DNA of 64,000 bases from Octopus bimaculoides (GCF_001194135.2 NC_068989.1:12726177-12790176), one strand, 5' to 3'; positions 13,398-27,234 are shown, counted from the first letter of the stretch. Numbers and translations are program-made. Notes: generated from the sequence alone by a model not told the origin.

Positions 13398-14840
13398 TAT
13401 TCACGATTCCGTGCTGCTATTGTTTCTACTATATATATATGTATGTATATATATATATATATATATATNNNNNNNNNNNNNNNNNNNNNNNNNNNNNNNN
13501 NNNNNNNNNNNNNNNNNNNNNNNNNNNNNNNNNNNNNNNNNNNNNNNNNNNNNNNNNNNNNNNNNNNNNNNNNNNNNNNNNNNNNNNNNNNNNNNNNNNN
13601 NNNNNNNNNNNNNNNNNNNNNNNNNNNNNNNNNNNNNNNNNNNNNNNNNNNNNNNNNNNNNNNNNNNNNNNNNNNNNNNNNNNNNNNNNNNNNNNNNNNN
13701 NNNNNNNNNNNNNNNNNNNNNNNNNNNNNNNNNNNNNNNNNNNNNNNNNNNNNNNNNNNNNNNNNNNNNNNNNNNNNNNNNNNNNNNNNNNNNNNNNNNN
13801 NNNNNNNNNNNNNNNNNNNNNNNNNNNNNNNNNNNNNNNNNNNNNNNNNNNNNNNNNNNNNNNNNNNNNNNNNNNNNNNNNNNNNNNNNNNNNNNNNNNN
13901 NNNNNNNNNNNNNNNNNNNNNNNNNNNNNNNNNNNNNNNNNNNNNNNNNNNNNNNNNNNNNNNNNNNNNNNNNNNNNNNNNNNNNNNNNNNNNNNNNNNN
14001 NNNNNNNNNNNNNNNNNNNNNNNNNNNNNNNNNNNNNNNNNNNNNNNNNNNNNNNNNNNNNNNNNNNNNNNNNNNNNNNNNNNNNNNNNNNNNNNNNNNN
14101 NNNNNNNNNNNNNNNNNNNNNNNNNNNNNNNNNNNNNNNNNNNNNNNNNNNNNNNNNNNNNNNNNNNNNNNNNNNNNNNNNNNNNNNNNNNNNNNNNNNN
14201 NNNNNNNNNNNNNNNNNNNNNNNNNNNNNNNNNNNNNNNNNNNNNNNNNNNNNNNNNNNNNNNNNNNNNNNNNNNNNNNNNNNNNNNNNNNNNNNNNNNN
14301 NNNNNNNNNNNNNNNNNNNNNNNNNNNNNNNNNNNNNNNNNNNNNNNNNNNNNNNNNNNNNNNNNNNNNNNNNNNNNNNNNNNNNNNNNNNNNNNNNNNN
14401 NNNNNNNNNNNNNNNNNNNNNNNNNNNNNCGTATGTATATTTGTAGTGAGAAAGAGGAAGATGTTTGTATACATGTGTGTGTGCGCGCTTGTGCGTGTGT
14501 GTGCGTGTTATTATTTTCCTTCTTCCGTGACCTAAACCGTTTGATTTGGTATAGATTTTCAAAAGAATCCACAACGCTGCTACTTTTTACAAAATATTTT
14601 TTCCTGTACAAGTTAGCTATGAATGATATTTTATATATTACGTATAAATGTATATATAACTAAATAATTTTTTTTTTTTGTTTAAATAATACACTATACA
14701 GAAAAAAAAAATCCCGAAGGCACCTGCATATAATGTATTGTGCTTACGTCAGTTCACGTAACTTAGATATCCATTCAGTTAGATTAAATTTGAAAACATA
14801 CATAGATATGTCTTGCATCTATGTATACAAAAGATAGGAA

Positions 14841-14928
14841 CACATGTTTTATATTAATATCATGGCGTGATATACTCAGAAATAAGGCCAAGATCTCATG
14901 TTTTATATTAATATTATCGTGTGATATA
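14841..14928. repeat. Local ~32-bp direct duplication, period about 56
   Basis: catgttttatattaatat..gtgatata occurs twice. Confidence 0.8.
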
Positions 14929-15334
14929 ATTTGATATGGGGCTACAGGACAATTCCATTCAGATTTAATATTTTCATATTTGCTGTAGGCATTTATTCTC
15001 GACATTTCAAAAGTATATTCATATAAATATTGGTTGAATTCCGGTTCCTATATAATGACATATGTGCTTCATAATTTCTCTATGCTTACTACTAGACAGA
15101 GAAGAAAGAAAGGAAAAACCGAACACTTTCATGGTTTATGTTCCTTCGATCCTTATTTCATTACTGTTGTTGTTATTGTTCTGATTGTTTAAATATGTGA
15201 GCAAAAAGGTTAAAGCTGTGATGGTGTGTATTTGTTTGCTATAGTGTAACTGCCACTGCGTCATCAAATCTGTCCTTCCTTTTAACAGATTGAAAACTTG
15301 AGCCGATGCTGCGTGATTTCTTTTTGAGTAGCGA

Positions 15335-15505
15335 GAAATACTGGATTCAAATTTCGGCGCAGGAGTTAAGTCATTTACATCAATCCAAATGTTCAGCTGA
15401 CTTCGAAAGGGCGAAAGGTAAAGTCGACCCCCAACGGCATTTGAACTCAGAGTATAATGTTGAGAGCAAAACTTCTTAGCATTTTATCGGCTTGAACATA
15501 CTTCT
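15335..15505 (-). mobile_element. SINE family A, strongly decayed
   Basis: Sequence gttaagtcatttacatcaatcc...aaagtcgacc...gcatttgaactcagag...cttagcattttatcgg. Confidence 0.65.
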
Positions 15506-15588
15506 TTTTAACATTTACATAACATTAATGTCTGAGATATGTAGACGTGGGCACTTTTTATTTTATTGTTTCTTTTTCTCTCCTGCAG

Positions 15589-15623
15589 ATGCAGCCTTAA
15601 AGGTGTATAATAGGTCGCAATAA
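15589..15623 (+). CDS. Candidate terminal coding exon, phase 1 (DAALKVYNRSQ*)
   Basis: Very strong acceptor ttttattttattgtttctttttctctcctgcAG at 15587-15588. Stop TAA at 15621-15623. It could equally be a non-coding exon. Confidence 0.25.
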
Positions 15624-16878
15624 AAAGGTGTTTAATTGTTGAAATTAGTGTGACTATGGATACCAACAAAGATATAGACGCATAAGCACCTCCAAACGTA
15701 GTCATGCTAGTAGCTGATACAGTTCACTGGTACCGCACACCATAATTGGATCAAGTGATGCCAAGTTGCCGCGCTTTCTGATCGGGATCTGAAGTACTTG
15801 ATTTGAAATGAAATCATAGCCACACATAAAGTATACTACATACTAAAAAAAGAAACGTTAAAGATTATGTGACGCAACAGATACACATCTGTAAGACAGT
15901 CTCTAAATCTATGATGTAATTCTTTGAGTGACGTGCCATATTATTTTATAGAACCTATTTAACAAATAACTAATGTCCCAAGCGTTTCAAATAAAACAGC
16001 ATTTCAAAAAGAACTTTATTGCAGTTAAGCTATATGACATAACCAGATTAGTTGCATGATCACCGCCGAACAATTTATATATTATAGACTAGCGAATTGA
16101 ATCTATCCAAAGAAAATTACTGTCAAAAATATCTCTAGCAGATAAAAAAAGAAATGTCTTTTATTTAAGCCTTAACATAGGTCATAGAGTTTCTTTGTAG
16201 TACCAGTATATATATGATAAGGAATATAATACGTGAGCAAGGGTACGTTACTGGTGTATGCACGTCAATCTTATTATTTATCAAATACACCACAAAAATA
16301 CTCTCGATGTAATCTCTTGGTTTGACATAATGTATATATCTTGTGCCAGATTGAAGAATATCGTTTTTTTATGGTAACATTAAAAGCATAAATATTTCTA
16401 ATCTCTCTAGTGGGAAATAAATATATTGATTCAAACCAAATGACATTAAGAATACTGTTGGTTCATTGGTTCAGTGTGTCATACGGTGTCACACGCTGGC
16501 TAACAATGATTATTGATTATTCTTTGTGCATTGGAAGTTACATAATTCGTACATTGTTTCACTAACATGAAAATGTTAGGAAATAAATAAGTTTGATTTA
16601 CATAAACGTATGAGATAAATCAGTGCATGTGTTGGATTACGAAAGTTCTTTAACTTTGATCACAGATGTAGGGTCAAAACTAATGGCATTTGAGTGGAAT
16701 GCCAGAAAAAGCGCATTCAAACCGAATCTCCACTGAGACCGAAGAACATTCATCTACAGCCGTGTTACTCGCTGTATCAGTCAGCATTGATTTCTAGTCT
16801 CCGATCTAAGCTGGAAATTTATCTGTCGGGTAAAATGACATTTCAATGATATCAAAATATAACTGATGTGTAGTTATG

Positions 16879-16879
16879 A

Positions 16880-16973
<94 letters not shown>

Positions 16974-17225
16974 GCCTGTCTGTCTGTTTTTCTATGTTTA
17001 TGCATACACACACACACACATACACGTATACATGCATGTATGTATGTATGCATGTATGTATATATGCATGTATGTATAAATGTATATATATATGTATATA
17101 TGTATGTATATGTATATATGCATGTATGTATGTATGTATGTATGTATGTATGTGTGTATGCATACATACATGCATACGTACATGCATATATACATACAGA
17201 TACATACATATATACAGGCGGTATA
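16879..17225. repeat. (TATC)n-(TGTC)n-(CA)n-(TATG)n compound microsatellite
   Basis: Seen directly. Confidence 0.97.
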
Positions 17226-17341
17226 ACATAATGTCAATCACGGAACAATTACAATGCCATTGTAATGTCAATGTTCACCTAATCTACATAGGTCTGTGAC
17301 TGGCACTAACATTATAACTCGTAGAAGAACAAGTCAGACAC

Positions 17342-17574
17342 AGCAAGCTGGCAGAAACGTTAGCACACCGGGCGAAATGCTTAGCGGTTATTCGTCTGCC
17401 GTTACATTCTGAGTTCAAATTCCGCCGAGGTTGACTTTGCCATTCATCCTTTCGGGGTCGATAAATTAAATACCAGTTACGCACTGAGGTCAATGTAATT
17501 AACTCTATCCCTTTCTGTGTCCTTGTTTGTCCCCTCTATGTTTAGCCCCTTGTGGGCTATACATAAATAAGAAA
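17342..17574 (+). mobile_element. SINE family A, near full length, A1-type tail
   Basis: Head gcaagctggcagaaacgttagcac; tail ccttgtttgtcccctctatgtttagccccttgtggg..aaataagaa. Confidence 0.92.
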
Positions 17575-18721
17575 CATGTTCGGAGGTGATACCAGACCGG
17601 TAAAACCTGATTCCTTTCCGAAAGATTTGTATTTTTAGATTAGATTAGATTATTTTATCTCCTCGGTACGACAGTAAAATTTCCAAAACTTCCTTGAGTT
17701 ACTGTATTCAGTACGTTAATACTACAACTACAATGACACGTCATATACAAACAAAAGCAAGGATATGAATTCCATTAATATATCATAGTATTCTCTCTAC
17801 CACTGGAAAACAAATTAAGACCCTATATTAAGACGAGTTTTCAAATTTATAGAAATACAATTCTACAGATTTGAAGCTGGAAGTTTTGCGAAATAATCAA
17901 AAATTTTCATTTCCATTTATTAAAACAAATACTCCTGTTGCTTTTAATAAATTTGATATGTTAGCGATGAAATTCAAGATGTAAATAAATAATTCATTTC
18001 CAGTGTTTAGTATTTTATTAAATATGTTTCTAATAAAACAGATTTTATTGCCTTAAGATAGTTTTGAAATATATTGAAACAGTGAAAACATTTTCAAGAG
18101 TTTATCTATGATTTCAAGATATAAATATTGTAATTTGCGAAAATCGTTTAATAGTCTCTATCTTATTGCTTTTAAATTTCAATATAAAAGCCCTTTTTGA
18201 ACAAATAGAAGTTGGAGGGTATATTCGGATAAGATCTGAACAAGCATTCTTACATACTCAATTGTATACTCCGATAATATGGATACAGGTTTGTATACTC
18301 ACACGAACGCCTCCAAACACATATGGACACAGGAACACATACACACAAGAAGACGCTCTCTCCCCACCACACACACACTCATGTATATGCAAGCATATAC
18401 ATCGTTAAGTACTAACAGGGTTTTATAGCTTTAAGTAAATATCGGCGATAGCATTAGAGAAAAATAATTATATTTCATGACAAATCTTTCCTATGTTAAC
18501 AAATTTAGATCAAAATGCGTATATTCAAACACACAGGAAATTCGCGATACATACACAGAATAGTGTAAATGAACATCCACCTGTAACATATATCTAACAA
18601 TTGGAGAGTATTTGTAATTCTGCAACAAATGTTTCTATTTAGATGGTCAGCTCCTTACTAATAACTGTACATACATACTAACACACACATATATGTATAT
18701 ATATACATACACACACACACC

Positions 18722-18761
<40 letters not shown>

Positions 18762-19153
18762 NNNNNNNNNNNNNNNNNNNNNNNNNNNNNNNNNNNNNNN
18801 NNNNNNNNNNNNNNNNNNNNNNNNNNNNNNNNNNNNNNNNNNNNNNNNNNNNNNNNNNNNNNNNNNNNNNNNNNNNNNNNNNNNNNNNNNNNNNNNNNNN
18901 NNNNNNNNNNNNNNNNNNNNNNNNNNNNNNNNNNNNNNNNNNNNNNNNNNNNNNNNNNNNNNNNNNNNNNNNNNNNNNNNNNNNNNNNNNNNNNNNNNNN
19001 NNNNNNNNNNNNNNNNNNNNNNNNNNNNNNNNNNNNNNNNNNNNNNNNNNNNNNNNNNNNNNNNNNNNNNNNNNNNNNNNNNNNNNNNNNNNNNNNNNNN
19101 NNNNNNNNNNNNNNNNNNNNNNNNNNNNNNNNNNNNNNNNNNNNNNNNNNNNN

Positions 19154-19171
19154 ATATATATAGATATAGAT

Positions 19172-19250
<79 letters not shown>

Positions 19251-19252
19251 CA
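19154..19252. repeat. (TAGA)n microsatellite
   Basis: Seen directly; a (TATC)n counterpart lies at ~19895-19980. Confidence 0.97.
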
Positions 19253-19895
19253 CAAAACATAATAATACATAGGTTAATATAACCATACCCACATTCGTCT
19301 GTTTCTGTTTGGATGTAAGCATAATTCTACATTTGTACACAACACATTGTGAATATTTCTGCCCTTCTAGACATGATCAAGGAATGTTCGCTCTGAGAAA
19401 GAAAAATATTCTAATAAGATTAAAGTATTAAAGAATTAGAAAATATTAGAAATCTAATTTAACCGATATTGCATAGAAGGGAATAAATGCAAGGAATTAT
19501 TATGAAATTGTTTTCCTATAAAAAAAAATCATTGTAAACAAGTACGCGTATAAATCAAATGTTAAACGTATAACATGTATACATGCACACACGCGCACAC
19601 GCACACACACATATATATACACACTTACACACTCATATATATATACATAAACATGTAAATAGGGAGATGGATAAAGATATATTAAAATATATACAATATT
19701 AAAATATATATAATATGTGTGTGCGTGTTTGTGCTTGTGTGTGTTTGTGTGTCCTGTACGTGTGTGTGTGTATAAATATATACGAATTTGTATATTATAA
19801 AGATGTGAATATGCGTATAATTCTGTAAATACACAAACCCACACATTCAATCATATACATGTATTATTTATTTATGTATGTATGTATGTATGTAT

Positions 19896-19975
<80 letters not shown>

Positions 19976-20112
19976 TTATCTACATGTCTCCATATGTATA
20001 GGCAGTCTGTGTAAACCTTAAGATGTATTGTATACCCAAGAATCACAAAATGCATGCTGCAGCAATGGGTCCAAAATGAAGTCTGATATACATAATTATA
20101 TACATACATGCA

Positions 20113-20708
20113 TAAAAATATATTCTTTTATTCTTTTATCTTATTCAGTCATTTGACTGCGGCCATGCTGGTGCACCGCCTTTTAGTCAAAAGTATCGAA
20201 CGCAGGACATATTTTTTAAGCCTGGTATTTACAAAGCCTGGTACTTATTCTATCGGACTTTTGCCGAATCGCTAAATTACGGGGGCGTAAACACACCAAT
20301 GACGGTTGTCAGGCGACGGTGGTGGGGAAAAATTCACACACACACACACACACACACATACACACGTATATATATGTATATATATATACATATATCAGCG
20401 TCAAACTAATACATCTGCCTGTTGTTCATACATCTGTCCTCACCTTTTGTTTTTCAGTAAATTTCAACTAATATANNNNNNNNNNNNNNNNNNNNNNNNN
20501 NNNNNNNNNNNNNNNNNNNNNNNNNNNNNNNNNNNNNNNNNNNNNNNNNNNNNNNNNNNNNNNTATATATATATATATATTCCGTCTATTGAATCCAGTC
20601 ACAAGGTTTTGGTTTGCCCATGGCTATAGCAGACGACACCGGCCCAAGTTGTCACGCAGTGAGACTGAACCCTGACCCAGTTCTTGGGAAGCAAGCTTCT
20701 TACCACAC
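20113..20708 (-). mobile_element. tRNA-derived CORE-type SINE family B with internal (CA)n, split by a gap
   Basis: Head ...ggttcagtctcactgcgtgacaacttgggccggtgtcgtctgctatagcc (CORE-like ttgggcaagtg motif); tail catggccgcagtcaaatgactgaataag. Confidence 0.8.
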
Positions 20709-20716
20709 ATACATAC

Positions 20717-20753
<37 letters not shown>

Positions 20754-22323
20754 AACACACACAGATATATACATAAAAAGCGAGGGAGAATGTGGTTGAC
20801 TGATAGCTACGTAGATAGATTGATAGTTAGATTGATTGTTAGACAGATAGATGGATATGCCTGGGCTTAATACGCACATATACATAGCTACATACATACA
20901 CTATAACTGCATACATATTCTTACACACATATACATACCTACATATATATATACAAATGTTGATATATACATGGATATATGTAGAGAAAATCAAACACCG
21001 AAAAAATTTATAAGTGGACACTCTTGTATAAATATATAGGTATTTATATATTTATATGTGTATATCATGTTTATTATCAGCATCAACAATGCCTTCATCT
21101 TTTGTGGAAATTGGTCCTTGGAAACATCTAAATAAATATTATCAAATATAACCATATAATATAAGAATAACATACATTGAAATCACATCTTGATACCGAA
21201 AGAAAAATCGTTGTTGTGTTTCTACATTTATGTAACTCAGAATTTAATAACATTCGTAATACAATAAAGAAATTATCAAACCAGGCGTACATGTTATATT
21301 GTATTTCTTAAGAACACAGTAAAAAATGATAACGATCAAACAATAAAATGGAATCAGGCAGGGAAAATCTCTCAAAAATCATAACATTACACCACCTCCT
21401 GTGTATATTTTGGTTCCGTGAGACTAACTTGAAGCATGTTAGGCTCTCATCATTCCTTCTAGTTTAAGCACAGTCATAGCGACTGAGGCCCTGTTATTAC
21501 ATTTATTTTTGTCATTCAACAATTGCTGTATATGTAACATAAATGCTCATGGAGGGAAAAATAAAATGCCCATTGATGAACCTCTGTATGAGTAACAATG
21601 TTGTATGTAAAGGTACTGTACACACAGGGGGAGGACCGTGCGCTTATACTGGAACAACGACTGATTCGTGGCATTCGACATCTTTGGCTGATTTTGTGTG
21701 GCAACTTAAACAGAATTAGATTAAACATGATATAACTTTATCCATAATAAGACAGGCAGGAGATGCAGACATTTCTCTGGGATCCCTGCCTATTTTGTGG
21801 ACCAATAAGAAGTTCATTAATAGAATTTCTGAAAGAAGACTGTGGAGATGCTTGTATGCTTATAAATGTACTTTTGGACAATGCAGTGGGAATGAGTTTA
21901 AGTAATCGTTAACCAAATTAATAACCATAATTTACCTTAAATACCTAAACGTATATACGTCAAACCACGTGTGTGCTTATGGCTATATCTTCAGTTAAGC
22001 TTGTACGAGCGAGTGTACATTTTGACATACAACGTAAGCGAGGTAGCTTATACATCAATATAATACTTAACAACAGTTATACTTTTTTCGCTGTATTGTG
22101 TATTTGTCTCTTTGAGGATCACATACGTTATTTTAACGAGATACATCTTGTAATCACTTGTGGAGCCATATCTACACCGAGGGCTACTCATAAACCGGTT
22201 GTTAAGTATCCTGCGCGTGAGGGATCGATGCTACATGGGCCGAAACATTTGTAGTGAACAATAAACATTCTCGTATCTTCCATCTTCCGTCTATGGACTG
22301 AAATAATAAAAAATAAAAGAAAG

Positions 22324-22356
<33 letters not shown>

Positions 22357-22739
22357 TAGATATAGATATAGATATCGTGTTGAGTGATAAAACAGAAATA
22401 GTCTGACGACTGACTTGTGTGGTCTTATACTGTATTCAGCAATGGAAGCTTTATCTGTTAACTCAGTCACTAATCTATTAACAGATTGATGGTAACTTTA
22501 TATAGTTTGGAATATGGTTGCATAGAGTAAATAGCATATACGTACATTGCATTTTTAGTGAATAACATACATATATATTGGTGTGTGTGCTTGTGCCTCC
22601 ATGCGCGCGTGTGTATATGTGTGTTTGTATGATTGAGTGCTTGTGTGAGCATGTATGTATACATAGCGAAGCTTATTACTATGTATGTAGACATGCTTGG
22701 TAGAATGTAACATGGCTTTTGTACACACGCGTATATAAT

Positions 22740-22985
22740 CGAAAGCTGGCAAAGGCACCATCCCGGGTCTCTCACCACTCATCAAATCATATACATTGAA
22801 ATGCTGCATTATTCCCGGAGGAACACAAGGCTGCATTATCACTCAACCGAAATTCATTTTCAGTAAACTAGAATGGATCCAAAGAAAATGAAGTCCCCTG
22901 CTCAAGAACACTCCTTATCGTCCAGTCCATGAATCGAAATCATGACCTCGCGGTCGTGTGTTCAATATCTTAACCACTACACCAC
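22740..22985 (-). mobile_element. tRNA-derived SINE family C, decayed
   Basis: The reverse strand reads gtagtggttaagatattgaacacacgacc..gatttcgattcatgg..gtgttcttgagcagggg. Confidence 0.6.
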
Positions 22986-23044
22986 AAGCTAAATTCATAC
23001 GTACTTATCTATACATATATATATACTCACACACAAATATATAC

Positions 23045-23075
<31 letters not shown>

Positions 23076-23744
23076 TGTATGTATGTATGTATGCATTCAT
23101 GTGTGTATGTTTCACCAGTTACAACACAGAATATTATCATGTTATCATTTCACCTTTTCATGACAGCCATAAGTAAATATTGTAGTACGTAGGGACGTGA
23201 AATTAGACATGTTTCAGTTTGAACGATATCGGTGACACTGGTATAATGATGGGCTTGTATGCAAAAATGTGTTGATTTTGTATTCGCTTGTTTTGTAATT
23301 TTTATTGTTTTTTCTTGTGCTCCACGTTTGTTAGAAACTGTCTGGGATCCTGATGTGTGAGGATATGAGAACACAATACAGATATATTCGAGCACACACA
23401 CATACATATATATATACACACGCACGCAGTCACAAGCACAGTTATGTTCACAGACAAACATTCATTTATAATCATATACATAAGTGTATACAGAGTGATG
23501 TTTGTATGTCTGTATCGGGTACATGTATGTGTGTGTGTGCATGTGCGAGAGAGAGAAAGAGAGAGAGAGAGAGAAAGAGAGGGAGAGAAAGAGAGAGACG
23601 GGGTTTAATACTTAAATTCTGAGAACAGTCAATATTTCTGTCTTCTATTTTGCAAAGATAACTCTTGGAAGCTTGTGGTGATGTGTGTCTATATTCGTGG
23701 ATGCGCGATTCTTAACTTGTACATGGATACAGACACACACATAC

Positions 23745-23798
<54 letters not shown>

Positions 23799-24300
23799 NN
23801 NNNNNNNNNNNNNNNNNNNNNNNNNNNNNNNNNNNNNNNNNNNNNNNNNNNNNNNNNNNNNNNNNNNNNNNNNNNNNNNNNNNNNNNNNNNNNNNNNNNN
23901 NNNNNNNNNNNNNNNNNNNNNNNNNNNNNNNNNNNNNNNNNNNNNNNNNNNNNNNNNNNNNNNNNNNNNNNNNNNNNNNNNNNNNNNNNNNNNNNNNNNN
24001 NNNNNNNNNNNNNNNNNNNNNNNNNNNNNNNNNNNNNNNNNNNNNNNNNNNNNNNNNNNNNNNNNNNNNNNNNNNNNNNNNNNNNNNNNNNNNNNNNNNN
24101 NNNNNNNNNNNNNNNNNNNNNNNNNNNNNNNNNNNNNNNNNNNNNNNNNNNNNNNNNNNNNNNNNNNNNNNNNNNNNNNNNNNNNNNNNNNNNNNNNNNN
24201 NNNNNNNNNNNNNNNNNNNNNNNNNNNNNNNNNNNNNNNNNNNNNNNNNNNNNNNNNNNNNNNNNNAAGTATTAACAGTAACTGCACGATAAAGTGTAGT

Positions 24301-24420
24301 ATATTGCCACTTAAGTGTGGCTGACCCCTAGGGGTGGATGTTACTGTTGCTTTTAGCCCCAGGAGGACATCTCCTCCAGCTGGCTTATCGACACACGACT
24401 GTGTCCTGTTTGCCAAGGGA
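24301..24420. mobile_element. Single TIR arm of the MITE family at 12915-13397
   Basis: Sequence atattgccacttaagtgtggctgacccctagggg...ctccagctggct...gtgtcc...ttgccaaggga. The other side is lost in or beyond a gap. Confidence 0.8.
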
Positions 24421-25104
24421 GTTATCCCTCTCACCACGGCCAGCAGCATTATATATATATATGTATATATACATATAATGTCATATATCTGTCCACTCCT
24501 AAAAGGTTTTGCGTTCGTACTAATGCATAAGCTTCCGCGCTTTTTTTTTCACAACTAATTATCTGTTTCTATCTATATGTATAATAGATACGTGAATTCG
24601 TACAGATTGTGTGAATTAATGTTTGCGTTGCTCTGGTGCTTATGTGTATGTATTTTTGAAGTATGGATATGTGTAGTATGAATGTTTTTTGTGTGATTGT
24701 CGTGGCGTGTGTGGTCCTTATAGTTTACAATAGTCCGTGTCATATAGCGCAGCTATCATCACACCGTTGTCATCAATATATTTTATTAAACCAGTTGGTC
24801 ACGTTTCCGAATTCCATTCTCTGGTGAAATGAGGTCAAAATTTATAAAGATAGCAGTAAACTGTTTTTAAATGATTGTCATCGCCTGTCTGGAGCCCGGA
24901 GAACGCCCATTCCACGCACACACAAACACACACATACACGCACACACACTTATGCACCCACTTACATGCAGACACATACTCACACAAAGTCAACTAACTT
25001 TATTTTGCTTATGTTTTCGTAATTTAGCGGCTCAACAAAAAGAGTTTGATAGGCTAAGTGCAGGCTTTAAAAATATAAGTAACTGGATTGCATGTTTCCA
25101 AGTA

Positions 25105-25243
25105 AATATTTCAAAGTGGTACTCCAGCATGACCGCAGTCTAATGACTGAAACAAGGAAAAGAAAAATATACGGGGACGTAAACACACTAGCATCGGTTG
25201 TCAAGTGATGTTGGGGGGGGGAAGCACAGATACGCAAACACAT

Positions 25244-25282
<39 letters not shown>

Positions 25283-25935
25283 NNNNNNNNNNNNNNNNNN
25301 NNNNNNNNNNNNNNNNNNNNNNNNNNNNNNNNNNNNNNNNNNNNNNNNNNNNNNNNNNNNNNNNNNNNNNNNNNNNNNNNNNNNNNNNNNNNNNNNNNNN
25401 NNNNNNNNNNNNNNNNNNNNNNNNNNNNNNNNNNNNNNNNNNNNNNNNNNNNNNNNNNNNNNNNNNNNNNNNNNNNNNNNNNNNNNNNNNNNNNNNNNNN
25501 NNNNNNNNNNNNNNNNNNNNNNNNNNNNNNNNNNNNNNNNNNNNNNNNNNNNNNNNNNNNNNNNNNNNNNNNNNNNNNNNNNNNNNNNNNNNNNNNNNNN
25601 NNNNNNNNNNNNNNNNNNNNNNNNNNNNNNNNNNNNNNNNNNNNNNNNNNNNNNNNNNNNNNNNNNNNNNNNNNNNNNNNNNNNNNNNNNNNNNNNNNNN
25701 NNNNNNNNNNNNNNNNNNNNNNNNNNNNNNNNNNNNNNNNNNNNNNNNNNNNNNNNNNNNNATACATATACATATATACGACGGATTTCTTTCAGTTTCC
25801 GTTTACCAAATCCACTGACAAATCCACTTTCGTCGGCCCGAGGCTATAGTAGAAGACATCTGCCCAAGATGCCACGCAGTGGGACTGATCCCGGAACCAT
25901 GTGATTCGTAAGCAAACTACTTACAACACAATCAC
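25105..25935 (-). mobile_element. SINE family B, split by a gap
   Basis: Same head (gttccgggatcagtcccactgcgtggcatcttgggcagatgtcttctactatagcctcgggccgac) and tail as 20113-20708. Confidence 0.8.
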
Positions 25936-26584
25936 TCCTACGCGTAAATATATCCCGCACGTTAGGTCTCTGATGTGTACCTAGTTGTTTGAGATTTTGT
26001 AGAGGGCTCATCTTAAAAGTATTCTCACAAACTTTGTTGGTAATCGTTCATTGTGTTGAATTTTCTATTGAATGAACATACCCTGTAGTAATTCGCTTGC
26101 GTTTATAATCATCAGTTTCAAACTAGATTCATTCATATTAATAATTTGTATCCTTACTGGAAATGGTGAATTTATAGTGCGTGAAATTAATTAAACATTT
26201 AATGTGTACAATACGTTAGAGGTGAAAAATCGATATGGACAATGACTTTGTCGTAAGAGAGAATGATTGAATGTATGTTTAGTATTGACATAGGTTAACC
26301 TATTTAATATATCTCTGATATACATACAGACAAACCTATGCACACGTCCGAAGCACACAAAGAACACATCAGTATGTATGTTCGTTTCTTTCTTGTTTTA
26401 AGTTTAGAGTAAGATTTGATTGGCCACCTACTTTGAAGGAAGGTTGTGAAGGAAAACACTGTCTTAACCGTCATCATTTAGATCTGAAGAAGGTCTGGCA
26501 AAATTCTGTAGTCCTCGATATCCTATGTACGTATGTATGTATGTATGTATGTATGTATGTATGTATGTATGTATGTATGTATGT

Positions 26585-26723
26585 TCTTTCTCTGTTCCTT
26601 TCAGTTGAAGAGCGTAGCTCGAAACATCAAAGACTTTCTCTATTCCCGAGCGTTAAACTAATACATCCATTTGTTGTTTACGCCACCTGTCTTCGTCTGT
26701 TGTTTTATTCGTAAATTCTTCCA
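26585..26723 (+). mobile_element. Short repeat with a degenerate hammerhead-like motif, probably a Penelope-like terminus remnant, between (TATG)n runs
   Basis: Motif ttgaaga-gcgtagctc-gaaac-atc at 26605-26628. Confidence 0.4.
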
Positions 26724-27006
26724 TATGTATGTATGTTTGTATGTATGTATGTATGTATGTATTTATGTATGTATGTATTATGTGTGTGTATGTATGTATG
26801 TGTATGTGTATGTATGTATATGTGTGTATGTATGTATGTATGTATGTATGTATGTATGGAAAGAACACTTTGCAGATCTTTTCCACAATCCTTCTATTGT
26901 AAACATGGATATCATAGATAGAATACCACAAAGAGGGTACTGCATCAAGATGAGGCAATCATCGCATGTATGCATGTATGTATGTATGCATATATGTATG
27001 TATATA

Positions 27007-27234
27007 TTGGGTTGTCCGGAAAGTTCGTGCCGATTTATAGTACCTTACCTTTCGACTTATTTGCCATGAAACAACCTCAATTCTGGGAAGAGGGTATTTT
27101 CAAGTTAAATGAAAGATGGAGACGCATTGTGCAACAAAATGGTGCATATTTGGTTGATTAAAAATGTAATGGCAAGTATTTATTGACCTTTTTCTTTCCT
27201 TTAAAAATCTACACGAACTTTCCGGACAACTCAA
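27007..27234 (+). mobile_element. Mariner internal-deletion derivative (228 bp) with 23-bp TIRs and TA target duplication
   Basis: TA|ttgggttgtccggaaagttcgtg ... cacgaactttccggacaactcaa|TA. The interior encodes FAMKQPQFWEEGIFKLNERWRRIVQQNGAYLVD*, a mariner transposase C-terminus. Confidence 0.93.

Noticed and set aside
21543-21719. 58-aa plus-strand ORF (MLMEGKIKCPLMNLCMSNNVVCKGTVHTGGGPC..)
   Set aside because: It has no recognised homology or splice context, and the length is compatible with chance.
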